From Neoechinorhynchus agilis (Eukaryota; Animalia; Acanthocephala), in the NCBI GenBank assembly GCA_051530055.1, contig CM121342.1:12229480-12293479 (forward strand): DNA of 64,000 bases. Reading direction: 5' to 3'. The position numbers were made by a program, and so were the translations under genes. Below, piece by piece: positions 49,890-62,469 of this stretch. The stretch's first letter is position 1. The number at the start of each line of letters is the position of its first letter. The notes under the pieces are model-generated. The model saw only the letters and a list, made by a program, of their open reading frames with translations, was not told the origin of the DNA and did not search any database.

Positions 49890-51640
49890 GTGGAAGCGAT
49901 CACTCAAAGGGTACAGTTCCTGGCTAACGGTCTACAGCCCAACTTAGTTGCTGAAGACAAAGAAGAGTTCGAAAAACTCTTCAATGTGAAGATCAAATTT
50001 TTCCTCAACTCCAGAAGGTCTGGCATTCCAATCTCGATAGCGATGGTGGAAGGATCAAGGCAAGTAAGAGACGACATTTGTGGAAAAATGCATTGTGCTT
50101 TTAATTGTTTTGCGATTCGCTTCACACATAAATCGGGGAGTCATCAAGATGACTATATTTTCCCTCATTGCAACCTATGCCACATATGGGGTCACTGGGC
50201 TAAACAATGTCCTAATTCGGAAACCCCGAGATGTTGTTATTGTGCCGAGACAGGTCATTCTGCTCAAAATTGCCCAAGCAAGTCAGTCAAAAGATGTGTC
50301 AACTGCAATGGACAAAACTCTGTATTCTACAATGGATGTCTTGAATTCAAGAAGCACTGGGCATGTGCTCAAAAAAGACAGTCCATTGTTAATACAGGCG
50401 CTAGCGTCGTGCGGAAACCGGCTGTCTCAGCAAGTCCGTTCGTAGTGCCTCCTCCTCGAGCAGCCTCCTTCTCAAAGGATACAACCTTGAAGAACACGGA
50501 CTCTAATGACTCGCATTGCTTGCCCCATCGCAATTAGTTACCATGGAAATTCTGGAAAAACGTTTAGAGGAGTCCTGCAACAAACTTCTAACAGTCATGC
50601 AGGCGCGCTTCACTGAGGCCATCATATTTTTTGAGAAGAAATTGAGCACACTCATTGGGAATTTGGTAAATCTCCCTGACTTAATCTCATCGAGTTTGCC
50701 TAGACAACGTGGCACAAAGCTTAAAAGAGCAAATGCGACTGAGACGAACTCTCAAGCGGCCAAGAAATTCAATGTTGGCTCGAGTGTAACCCACTCCGAT
50801 AATGAGGACGTCTTCATGGAGGTCGAAGAAACCGACATAGAATATGTTACCAGGATCATTAACACTCAGGCTTCGCTTATTAACAACGGAACTGCGGCCC
50901 TAATATCAGATGATACCGCCAGAAATTTCTGATAATCCGAAGGCACAGGTAATGATGGGGGATCTTCGAGTGTTACAATGGAATTATGGAGGGGCGACTA
51001 ATCTTACTAAGCTCGCTCGTTTCATACCAGGAGTTTCCATCATCTTTCTGCAGAAAACGAAAAGTATTTATACTCTACACCAACTCTATAACTATATACC
51101 TCATCTTAACTGTTCAATGTTCTTGTCTTTTATTACTGCCCCATTCAGTCCCGCCTCACAAGGTCTTATTTCAATTTTTCATTCCTCTTTAAATCCCAAA
51201 CTTATATCTTCTTACACTTCACCGGAAATGTCGTACTCCCTTTTTAAAATTCTCCTTAATCGGAATTACCTCTCGATTGTAAATTTGTACATTAGACCGG
51301 GTTTTATTCATCGACCATACATAAGCCTATAACGATTTTGTTGTGGGGGATTTTAACGATCCATCATTAAAATGGTCCAGAGCTATTGTTAACGCAGTCA
51401 AACCCCTTTATTCTCTAACCTTCCCCAATACTCCCTCTTTCCACAATCTCGCCTCAAATACACACTCGTTCCTGGATCTAATCATTTTTAAGAGATATCT
51501 GAACTTTTCAACTCAATTGGATCGGCAGGTGTCTCTTTTTGACCTTTTAGGTCATGATATCCTTATATGGTCATTCGGTCCTATTAATGCGCTCCGCAAA
51601 TCCTATCACATCTCTTCACTCAACGTGGCCTTTTTCCGTT
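49890..51640 (+). mobile_element. I/Jockey-group LINE: gag-like ORF1 (three CCHC knuckles) + APE domain, RT missing
   Basis: CNLCHIWGHWAKQC, CCYCAETGHSAQNC and CVNCNGQN knuckles; LRVLQWN, GDFN, FLDLII and GHDIL; homologous to 55960-57540. Confidence 0.85.
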
Positions 51641-51654
51641 TAGTTAGCGAAAGG

Positions 51655-52175
51655 GTGGCCTCCTTCGAAAAAATATTTAACAATTTCGAAATTAAATTTC
51701 GCGAGGTTCGTAAGGGACGCACGAAGGAAGGGTTTCGTTGCCGTTTTTCAAAGCGATCCCTTACTGAACCTGTCTCTTCGAAGCTTGCGGACGAAGATGT
51801 TCAGGGGGCTGTTCGGTTATTATCATCTTCCGACAGTTTTGCAAAAGGAGACAACGCGACACTACAAATACTCAGGTCAAAACACCCATGCAGTAGTGAC
51901 AGTTTTGAAATTCCACCTCCTCCCCGAAAATATAGAGAATTAGCAAGGGCCCACTATTTTGTCCCCTTCGGAGTAGACACGTATGGAACGCTTGGCAGCT
52001 CGGCACTCACTCTGCTCCAGGATCTCTCGAAGAAATTGAGAGAAACTACCGGCGACGCACGAGCAGGTGTATTCCTGCGACAAAATATCACGCTTGCAGT
52101 ACAACGAGGCAATGCTGCTAGCGTGATAGCGACAGCCGAGGAAGGAGAGAAGCTCCAATTTTACGGACGGTGGTG
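51655..52175 (+). mobile_element. Internally deleted CRE-like element (N-terminal segment fused to RLE C-terminus)
   Basis: 51655-51930 matches 60915-61190 at the DNA level; followed by YFVPFGVDTYG...FLRQNITLAVQRGNAASV. Confidence 0.8.
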
Positions 52176-52229
52176 ATTGCACGTTTTGTACTTTATTATG
52201 TTCTACAAATAAAAGTTTAATTTCCAAAA

Positions 52230-53240
52230 AATTCTATGAAGAATATACAATCTTTATTAGCTCTAAGCGTACTTTCGACGTGAAAAACAAAATAGATAGT
52301 GTTAGACCATTCACACCACCGCTCTGGATCACTCAGCTGCCGTCCTGGTGTAACGGACGAAAGGACGGATGCAGCGTTTCGCCGTTGCACAGCCGGATTT
52401 ATGTTTTGTAGGAGGAATGTTCCTGATCTCGGATCGCCAGTCATTCGTCTCAATCTCTTGGACAATTGCTTGACCAGGTCGTGCGCCGCAGTACCAAACG
52501 ACGCGAGTTTCTCAACGCCGAAAGGAACAAAATAATGATTTCGACTCAGGTCCCTTTATTTAACCTTTTTGCGTTCGTCAGCGGCGGTTGCTGCTCCCTC
52601 CGGTTTAATATTGGCGACTTTTAAGTTGCTGGCTGCGAGCGTGGCGTCCCAGGAAGGCATTTTCCTTCTCGCCACGGGTATACTGTGACCCCGCGCGGTC
52701 TACGGCGGCCATCGAGTCGGTAAAGATTGTTCGCCTCTAGGATGTTGGGCGCATTCACAGTATTCAGGGCACGACCAAGAATTGCGTTCACTTCTGCGTG
52801 TCGTGAGTATCCTTTCGCCTGATTGCCGACAGACGATACCATGGCGCCCCGATGGTTTCACGGTCGCTCCACGACGGTGGCAATGGGATGCACACATCGG
52901 TACTAAAAGTCTCAGGGACACTGCAATCCTTACTGTCTCGTCGGAGAGCGTTGAGCCAAGCACCCGATTCTCTTGTAGAGACTGTCAGTCGCAAGCTGAT
53001 TGTTTGCAATCATTGAGGGGTACTTTTCGCTGTCTCAATATCCACATCAAAGATTAAGAGCCTCCAAGAAATCGTCATCCAAAGTGCAATCCTCTCCAAT
53101 AAAAGACTGAACTGCTTAAATCGGTCTTCAAGGTGAACTATTTGACAATGGAGCCGGAGTTCAATCATGCCAGGCAAAATCGCCGATACGTCGCTCTTCA
53201 TTTTCCAACATTTCGCCATTGAGACAATTGGCGCCATCGG
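52230..53240 (-). mobile_element. Decayed CRE-like element 3' region
   Basis: RESGAWLNAL, LSDETVRIAV, GRHGIVC, RHAEVNAIL, RLDGRRRPRGVTVYPWREGKCL and FLLQNINPAVQRRNAASVL. Confidence 0.85.
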
Positions 53241-53462
53241 AAAAGCACCACAGAATTTTTAACCAAAGTTGGAAAATGGCGCTGTTTTTATAAGATATTC
53301 CTCCGTTCCAACCGAGGCTTTTAGAAATTGATTAAACCACGAAGTTCAGACAATAAAAGAACTAAATGGAATATTTATTAAGCTCTAACATCTAAGTGTG
53401 GCATTCTACTATAATGCCATCTATCTAATTGTTCTATGAAATGGATAAACAATTTACCATTT

Positions 53463-54101
53463 CTAGCAGCAACCAATATACTTTGGTGGGCAAACATTCT
53501 GGTCGATGCAAAGTGCCGGAATGTTGCAGGTTGGTCGGCGGCTTGGTCGGCACGTTGGCGGGCAGTGTGGTTGGCAAGTTGGTTGACAGTTTGGTGGGCA
53601 CGTTAGTGGGTAGGTTGCTTGGCAGATTGGTGGACAGATTGGTAGACAATGTGGCGGGCACGTTGGTGGGTAAGTTGGTGGACACGTTGGTGGGCAGGTT
53701 GCTTGGCAGATTGGTAGACAATGTGGAGGGCACGTTGGTGGGCAGGTTGCTGGGCACGTTAGTGGGCAGGTTGCTTGGCAGGTTGGTGGACAGATTGGTA
53801 GACAATGTGGCGGGCACGTTGGTGGGTAAGTTGGTGGGCAGTATGGTTGGCAGGTTGGTGGGCAGGTTGGTGGGCAGTTTGCTGAACATATTAGTGGACA
53901 ATGTGGTTGACATGTTGTCGCTTGGATTGTTTTTGGGGCAGAACAAGAAAGAAGTTCCTGACAGGCCATACATCCGCAGCCTCTCTCTTCAATAATTGTT
54001 GCGTTTGGTTCATCGCCAGTCTGCATTAACTTAACCATTTCCATCGCAGAAAACGTTCTTAATGTAACGAAGAGCGCGAGAAGTAAACGAACGAACGCCA
54101 T
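53463..54101 (-). CDS. Predicted secreted Cys/Pro/Thr-rich protein with (Cxxx)n repeats, 212 aa
   Basis: Signal-like MAFVRLLLALFVTLRTFSA; about 30 CPPT/CQAT/CLPI tetrapeptides (12-bp unit); terminal GCC. Confidence 0.75.
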   Translation of the reverse strand: MAFVRLLLALFVTLRTFSAMEMVKLMQTGDEPNATIIEERGCGCMACQELLSCSAPKTIQATTCQPHCPLICSANCPPTCPPTCQPYCPPTYPPTCPPHCLPICPPTCQATCPLTCPATCPPTCPPHCLPICQATCPPTCPPTYPPTCPPHCLPICPPICQATYPLTCPPNCQPTCQPHCPPTCRPSRRPTCNIPALCIDQNVCPPKYIGCC

Positions 54102-54904
54102 TGATCGGAGGAGTCACAAAAGAAGATACCTTCAACTGATCTACGGGTTCACTTTTATCCATTCGGCAAAGGCAGCAAATATTGTACATTTAGCTGCAAT
54201 GTTATCAAATCAATAAACGTACACGGACAAGTTTTTCAAAACATCGATACATCTTGTTTCTAAAACATGCCTATAATTTCGGATAAGAACTTTTATCACG
54301 ATGTTCGAAAAGCGCAAGCAAATGCTTTACTAGGAAACTATAGTTACTTCATTCACAAAGAGATCAAAGCGGAAATTATCAAAAGTTTGCTACAATAAAT
54401 TCCAACAACGCAAAGTTGCTAAAATAGCGATTTTAGAAAGTCAACAAGCAACTTGAAGCTCATTTCTCACTAGCAATCTTTCTGACAATACCTCTCCTTT
54501 CTGGGACGTTGTCTTGATGGGCTCTTGATCACTTTAAAATTCGCGGATGAAATAATCCCGGCTCTGTCCTAAGTGCTTAGATCGAACAAATTTAAATGTT
54601 CTAATTTAAATACGGAATAAACTTACATATCCGCCATTTACCTGAGATTTGTTAAAAAGAATTCTACTCGGAGACTTCGCAAACATTTACTTGCGATGGA
54701 TTTAATGCATTCTTATTTGCGTTGTTTCCGTGAAAAATTCGATTTATGCAAAAATATTTCTAAAAAAATCAGTAGCATGTATCGGTAGAAAAAACATTCT
54801 CGAAAACGATTAAGTCGATAAAAACGCATCGTATGACTTATCGTAAAACTTCGCTTCCCTCATTTTAGGACATGAGATCTCGGTGCAGATTGGATCACAC
54901 GACC

Positions 54905-55230
54905 ATTCCCTTCTGGATTGTATTTACCATCACGTGGCTATTCTATACCAGCGCATACATTCTCCGAAAAACCATTGGAATTCTGAAATCACGATACAGG
55001 TCGCCGATACAACTAAGTAAACTTAAAATACAACTAAGTAACACTCCAGAGGGTCTTTTTTACCTCCCACTCCTCTTGCCTTACGCGCTGGTTCAAATGC
55101 TCTTTGACCAACTGGCAAACAATATCGGACCACGAATTTCGCTGAGTGCAGGACTCTTTCGAGACGGGCCCTCCCTTCTCTTGTTCAAGTTCAATCAATC
55201 CTACCCAGTCTTCCTGCTAATGCTTGTCCC
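54905..55230 (+). pseudogene. Fragment resembling the N-terminal TM helices of an MFS (SLC37/OPA-like) transporter
   Basis: TWLFYTSAYILRKTIGILK...LPYALVQMLFDQLANNIGPRISLSAGL; internal ATACAACTAAGTAA duplication; no downstream continuation seen. Confidence 0.45.
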
Positions 55231-55959
55231 AAACAGCAGCTGTTAATCTTTCTGTTTATCACCTTACAGTACCAGAATCAGCCAATGTTAATGTGACAAA
55301 CGAAAACGGCATGATATTCTCGGATATTTTGGAACTAGTCCATTGTTCAGGAGGAGTCGTACAGTTCTTCATTACGAGCTGCTTTATGCTAAAAGATTTA
55401 AAATTCGGTCAATCTTTGATAGCAAATACCACGTTAAACTTAATCGTCCTGTTGCTAAATATACAAAACCAAGTAAAACCTGGAAACTGTTACATAGTTT
55501 ACCTTAAAGTGCAAAAATTGTTAAAATTGGTACCCTCGAGTTTATACAGACGAGCTTTGCGAAATTCCTCTCGTCGCAGGCGACGAAAAAATCTAAATTT
55601 AAACACTCCGTTATATGCCTTGGATTATTATCTTCGGGGGAAAAGATTCCTTCTTTTGATAGTGTTGGCACCCCGGATTTAAGTTCACTAATTTATTTCC
55701 GATATTTCGACGGATAATTACGACATTATCAAGGTTTGTCATTGTTCGGAAGTAAATGAAAGGAAACTATCTATGTCTAGCGCATTCAAAAAAGATTCTC
55801 TTTTGCAGCGACCAAAAACTAAGTTATTTGAGTACCACTAAGAGAGAAAACTTCTATATAACAAATTGAGCAAGGTTTGTGGACATGATTTTTGGTGATT
55901 AGTTGAGACCTTATAAATAAAAAGGTAAATATTAAACCGTCGAAATAAAAATGCGAAAT

Positions 55960-58900
55960 CGTACAAAATATAAGTTCAAGCCATCTAGACAAGTTTGGGA
56001 TGGATTATGCGAAAACACACACTGTGCTTTCAACTGCTTTGAAATACGTTTCACAAAAAAATCTAGCAGTCCTCAGGATGACTATATTTTTCCACAGTGC
56101 GATATTTGTCATGGCTGGGGCCATTGGACCCAACAATGTATCTCGAACACTCCTAAATGTCGTTTATGCGCGGAGACAGAACACCCCTCTCAAAATTGCC
56201 CAAACAAATCAATTAAACGTTGTGCAAACTGCGGAGGTCAACATTCAGCTTTCTATGTTGTTCAGCCTTCAAAAAGTATTGGTCCTGGGCTCAAAAAGGA
56301 CAATTCAATAATAGCTCACGCTCTCGATTTATGCGTCAACCAATGGTCTCGGCGATTTCTATTTCCAATTCTATGCATCAGGCATCTTCCCTGGCATTAA
56401 TGTATCTCAAAGTACGGTCTCATCGCAGCTAGTAACGATGGAACATATAGAATGTTGTCTGGAGGAGGTCTGTAACAAGCTACTGACGGTTATGCAAACA
56501 CGTTTTACCGAAGCTATCACTACTTTTGAGAAGAAGATGTGTACCCTCATCGGCAATCTCCCAGATATAATCTCTTCCAGCCTTCTATTTCCAATAGATT
56601 TGAAACATGACTCAATTCGTCCGATACGAACCTTCGATCGGCCAAAAAATCCAATATAACCTCCAATGTGACTCGTTCTAATAGTGATGATTCAGTCATG
56701 GAATTAGATGAAACTGATTCTGACTTCGTCACTAGAATCATCAACACTCAAACCGCGCTTATTAATAATGGAACTGCGGCTCTTATTCCAGATGCAGCCA
56801 CCAGAAAACTCTGATAGCTCAAAGGCCCAGGTAATGGTTTGGGATTTTCGGGTGTTACAATGGAACTGTGGAGGGGCGACCAACCTTAACAGGCTAGCTC
56901 GCTTCTTACCAGACGTCTCAATCATTTTCCTGCAGGAAACGGAAAGTGTTTATACCTGGATCAACTTTATAGCTATCTACCTCAATTGAACGTCTCAACG
57001 TTCACCTCTTTTATCACTGCTCCTTTTAGTCCCTCCTCACAGCGTCTTATTTCAATTTTTCACTCTTCGCTTAATCCCTCTCTATTGTCTTCTTTTACTT
57101 CACCGGAAATGTCCTATTCCCTTTTCAAAATCCTTGTAAATAAGAAATTTCTCATGTTTATCAATTTATACATTAAACCAGGTTTTATCCACCGGGCATA
57201 CATTAAAAACAGAATCAAATGGCTAATCAGAGCCAATATTGACTTCATAGTGGGAGACTTCAGTGATCCATCTTTAAAATAATCTAAGGCCATTGTCAAC
57301 GCAGTTCAACCTTTTTACTCCTTAACCTATCCCTCTACTCCCTCTTTTCATAATCGCGCTTATAATACGCACTCGTTCTTAGATCTGATCATTTATAAGA
57401 GACACCTCAATTTCTTGATTCAATTCGATCGTCAGGTGTCTCTTTTAGACCTGTTAGGGCATGATATCCTAATTTGGTCCTTTGGTCCTAACTCTACGCT
57501 ACGCAAAACCTATCACATATCACCACTAGTCAAAATCTTATCTCTCTAGCACTTAATCAAAATAAGCCCTAACAAGGTAGCTAATATTTTTCTATTTCGT
57601 ACGGTGAGGACCTTCTCTCGACCTTATGAAAGTCGCTCTCTACGCTTTCTTGGACGCCAACTATTTTTGGCGAAGAGATCCGGTGATGTCCCTCTCATCA
57701 AATCATTAACCAGTCATTTCTGGGCTGCTTGCTGTCGACAGCAGTTACATCAGAGAGCTAATTTACTTGCCGTCTTGAACCCTTTTTCCTCGAGCTGGTG
57801 GCACACTCTTCAAAAGTTAAGGTTTCGACGTTTGAGGATATATTAAATTCTATTTTTGAATTTCACCCATCGGGTTCCCTCAAAGATATCCCTCCAACAA
57901 TAATTTTTCGGAAAAGAATCGCAAACAGAGTGGATTTGACTCTGGATGATATTCTTGAGGTCTGGTCAAATAATACAAAATTGACCTCTTCGAATTACAG
58001 TTCTGGTACCAAAATGTTTAATTTACTAGCTCATGATAGTATCGTTCACTTGGCCCGAATGATACTAAGCTGCTATCCTTATGCTTGGCGAGAGATTAAT
58101 GTCTCACGGCGTATTTTCATTATGAAAAATGGGAAAAAATCAATTTCACAGCCAAAGGACCTGCGCCCCATTTCCTTACAGGATCCAGTTATCACAATTT
58201 ACGAAAGAGCTCTGGCGCGTCGTTTATTTTCATTTATATCGGAGCACAACTGTATATCGGCCAATTGCCATGGATTTCAAAAAGGAAAATCAGTACACTC
58301 CGCGCTTACTAGTATCTACGATAGTTTTAGGAACTCCAATCTGCATATGAAAGCCCTTCTGGCAGTGGATATTTCACAGGCCATCGACAAGATTTCTCTC
58401 TATTTTATAATTGGAATACTGGAATTTTTTAGTGTTCTACATAATTTGATCTCCAGAATTCATAATATCCTTTTTACCAAATCTTTCTATTACGAAGATG
58501 ATATCTCAAGAACTATTTTTTATCCGATCAACGGTGTACCGCAGGGGTCCCCGCTTTCCCCAATTCTCGTCTTACTGGCAAATGAAATTTTACCATGTAT
58601 GAATTTATCTTTAAATCTATCCAAATCCTTGTGCATCTTTAAAGTTCGTTCTTCCAAAATTCGAAAAGACCTTAAATTATTCTTTAACAATTTAGTGAAT
58701 CCCTCGAATAATTCAAAAATGGACAATACGCCCTTGAAATTACGCGTTCTAGGGTACACCTTTCCTGTCAACCTTTCATCTAGGACAGATATTAATAAAA
58801 TGAAAACGCTTCTTAAAATAGCCAATAAAATGGCTAGACGAGCCATGAAACTAGGCTTAAATGCGTCCCAAGCTCAAGCCACATGGAAACCTGGGATTTT

Positions 58901-59050
58901 CCCGGCCTAATTTTCTTCTCAAGGGGGTCGCCCCTTGAACTCAAGACTGCCTTTGTTCAGTCGTTTTTCAAACACCTGGAGTCTCTGCAGTTTTACCTGG
59001 GCCGGAGAGCTGAAGACTTTCTGCCCAATCGCTTAAAGCGCTGGTTGTCT
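55960..59050 (+). mobile_element. Second I/Jockey-group LINE copy (ORF1 knuckles, APE, partial RT), decayed
   Basis: CDICHGWGHWTQQC and CRLCAETEHPSQNC; FRVLQWNCGG, LQET and VGDFS; RT motifs LRPISL, HGFQKGKS, AVDISQAID and GVPQGSPLSPIL; YADD region absent. Confidence 0.88.
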
Positions 59051-60639
59051 ATATGATTGCTGTATAAAAACATCTTTATATGTTTAAATGATGAACAAAT
59101 CTTGTTGTTGTTACTAAGTGGCAAAATGTTTTAGGTTCGATCGCGAAATGTAGCTTTACTTAGCAAATATTAGGCATCAAAATATTTGTGATTACTCGTA
59201 TCCATTTGATTTCCGATCAATATTTATAGATATCGGCTATCACATCATTTCTTTTCAAGACTAAAATTCTTGGCTAACGCATTCATCATTTTTTAACTTT
59301 ATAACAAAATCCTCAATTGATCCTGTATCCCAGTTGTCTAGAGAACTGTTTCTAAAATTAAAATCCCAGCTCTCTTCAGACTTTATAAAGAATCATCAGC
59401 GATAAAACCGAACAAAAAAGTAACCTAAAGCAAATATCTCCGCCTCTTGATTTGCAAGCATTCATTCGCAGTAATCCGGAATTATTAAGAAGCATTCCGG
59501 ACAGCGATCAAATGGAAAGAATAGCTACTACGAAGTCTAAGGACGATTTAGGGAAGATCGTGGACTTCAGTGTTTTCGGTAAACCACACTCTGGACGATC
59601 ACGAAAAAATCTAGACAATAAGGAAACAGAAAACCTCGGCAATGAAGAGTTTAATGACAAGATGATGATAGGCAACCGGAAACACAAAATAGATAACAAT
59701 CACAGGAAACAACCAGCAAACAAAAAATTTAGGACTGTAAAGGAACAAATTCAGTTTAATCCACAATCAGTGACGATGAACCATAATAGAGTGAAAGTGA
59801 AGCCATGATAAATTACGCGTGGTATTTAATCGCTTTTTCAGAATCGCCCGTCTTATTGAGAATGTTGCAACAGCTCAATACGGACTTGAAATACATTCGA
59901 GGCTGGACCGGGTAACGGCACTTTATTTCTCAGAATCAATTGAGTTATAAATTTTAGTAGTAAATAAATATGGATGTCGGTATACGATGATTTAATGTTC
60001 GCGAGAATGGTGGCTTAAAAATGCGAAACTTTATTGCATGATTACTGCACTTTGTTTGCTCTACAGTTCACGGTAACAAACAAAAAATTTATTAGAGACA
60101 GGCAGCAAATGAGTATTTTTAAACTGAGATTAAATTCTCGTCGCTCAAGGAGATTAAAAGAAAGCAAAATAATCGGTGTTGATCCCTGTAGCGAAGCAGA
60201 AGCGGCAAAAAATTAAAGTATGCAGTCAACTCTATCTAATTTCGGGAGGGCGTTCGATATGTAAGAACCCTTTTATTGAAAATAACTGAAAATTACCGAT
60301 TTGTAAGGTATCGCGAAGTTTATAATATTTGCGATACTAGAATTTCAATTCTTATTTCTTTTGATGAAGTCAAATTAAAAATCTTTCAGGCCTTTGGATC
60401 ACCGGAACAAAGTTGACTCAATGAAGCCAAATGTTGAGCCCAGCCTTGAAAACGAGTTTTCCACGGACAAAAGGGACTTATCGCGAACTGCGATCATATC
60501 GCCTACAATCCACGCTACTGACACAGACACCTTGAACGCGCCACTTATCGATCACGCTCAATCTGAGAAGACCAACGCTGCTGGTTGCGGTAAGTCTTTT
60601 AAATTAACCAATTTGGGGGTTTTGTTTGCCCATGGTCCT

Positions 60640-61630
60640 CGGGATCTCCGCTGTATCGGGTCTGGTTCTCCACCACAATCATCCAATATGTTTATGCCCG
60701 GGACCTCTCAGATCACCACTGACTCCATTTCGATACCTGATATCGTGCGGGTTCTGCCCAGGAACGTCCTGAAACGGATCCCAAAGGGAACATGATATCA
60801 GGTCGCCAAAGCATTTACGGGATTGCTCAACGATTGCTTCCAAAAGAACTGTACGCCATCATGGACACGGCTCTTCGACTGGGGTGTCTTTGACATCAAC
60901 AACCAAGGGAAGGATGGCCTCCTTCGAACAAATATTTAACAATTTCGAAACGAAATTTCGCGAGGTTCGTAAGGGACGCACGAAGGAAGGGTTTCGTTGC
61001 CGCTTTACAAAGCGATCCCTGACTGAACGTGTCTCTTTGAAGCTTGCGGACGGAGATGTTCGGGGAGCTGTTCGGGGAGCTGTTCGGTAATCGTCATCCT
61101 CCGACAGTTTTTCACAAGGAGACGACGCGACACTACAAATACTCTATGCAGTAGTGGCAGTTTTGAAATTCCGCCTCCCCCACTCAAATTTCAGAATTAA
61201 AAAAGGCCATCTCATCTTATGCAAATGGTTCAGGTGATGGGCTTGACGGGCTAAGGCCTTAGCACATAAAGGGCATGATGTCCTTTACAACCGGTGAAGC
61301 AGCTCTCTCTCTCTAGAAAGTGCCCTTTCTCGGTTAGTCGACCGCCTGACTGGCGAGGACCTGAATCCCGTTGCAAAAGACCTATTTTTCGGAGCCTCAT
61401 TGTGTGCGCTTACAAAAAAAGAAGGTAAGATCCGTCCCATCGCCGTATCTTCGACGATACGCCGACTCGCAGGAAAAATTCTCTGCAAACGTATTACAGA
61501 GAAAACCGGACAGCAACTTCGTCCAGTCCAACTGGGCTACTGTACATCCTGCGGGGCGGAAGCTATTGCCCACGCGCTCCGAAACTTTACTACGAGCAAT
61601 TCACAGCCGTGCGTGATTCTTAATTGTGAT
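60640..61630 (+). mobile_element. Decayed CRE-like element, N-terminal region and start of RT
   Basis: VLKRIPKG, DGLDGLRP, FGASLCALTKKEGKIRPIAVSSTIRRLAGK and LRPVQLG..GAEAIAHALR. Confidence 0.85.
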
Positions 61631-62469
61631 TTTTGCCTTGCCAGCCTTTCTAGGATCGTATGAGGAGCGTCAACCAATAGCGAAGAAAATTCTGAGGGAA
61701 AAGTTTTATCTTGACCAAGACTGTGGTGGCAACCATAAAACTGAATTTTAATAGCGCGAATGTGTGATAAGCGTACGACCACATTTACGAAATCGCTTGG
61801 TAATAAAAGCTGTTTAAATTGGTTGTTCAGCTCAATTGATGGACGGAAATAAAGCCATCATCAGCATGAAATCACCATTGGAAAAACAGTGGTACTCTTT
61901 CTTGGGGGCTTTAAATGACAAACACTCCAGGAACACGGATTTGGTGCATCCGTTTCACGAGATTATCTCGTCCTCAAGATAATACTATGATGTTAGTGCT
62001 TTGGATTACAAACCTTTTTAATATCGGAATTTTCGGACGTGAAATACCAGTAATAAATTAGTCAATTTAAATTTGGGGGTGGTATTACTACCAAAAGAAA
62101 GAAGCTAAAAGTTGTAACGTTTGAACGGAAAATAATTTACTGGCTTTCTATTGACCACACAATAAAGCGTGGAATCGACGAAAAAAATATGAAAATGACT
62201 TCCTGGCTTTAATTCAAAATGATCAAATTTGTGAAAATGTCAGGTTCGTACAAATGGGAATGCTTTTTAAAATTTGTGCTTGACTATTATGTCGAACATT
62301 GTTATAAAGCCGATAAAACCAACTTACTTTTTGCGTAAGAAAGCCAGCAAAAGCATCACTTCGTCGAGGTAATCATCAAGAGCGCCTCGCCTTTCCACAA
62401 CGCTTTTACTACCACAGTTTAATATGGAAAAGACGGGCAAATAGTGTTAGCAGTTTATCGAAAAATACA

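Noticed and set aside
53429-53995. Alternative-frame ORFs (LVGRLV and TNLP repeats)
   Set aside because: Stop-free by-products of the 12-bp repeat; no signal peptide or unique coding context.
59452-59808. 118-aa Lys/Asn-rich ORF
   Set aside because: No ATG context or domain; may belong to the CRE 5' region, but this is unsupported.
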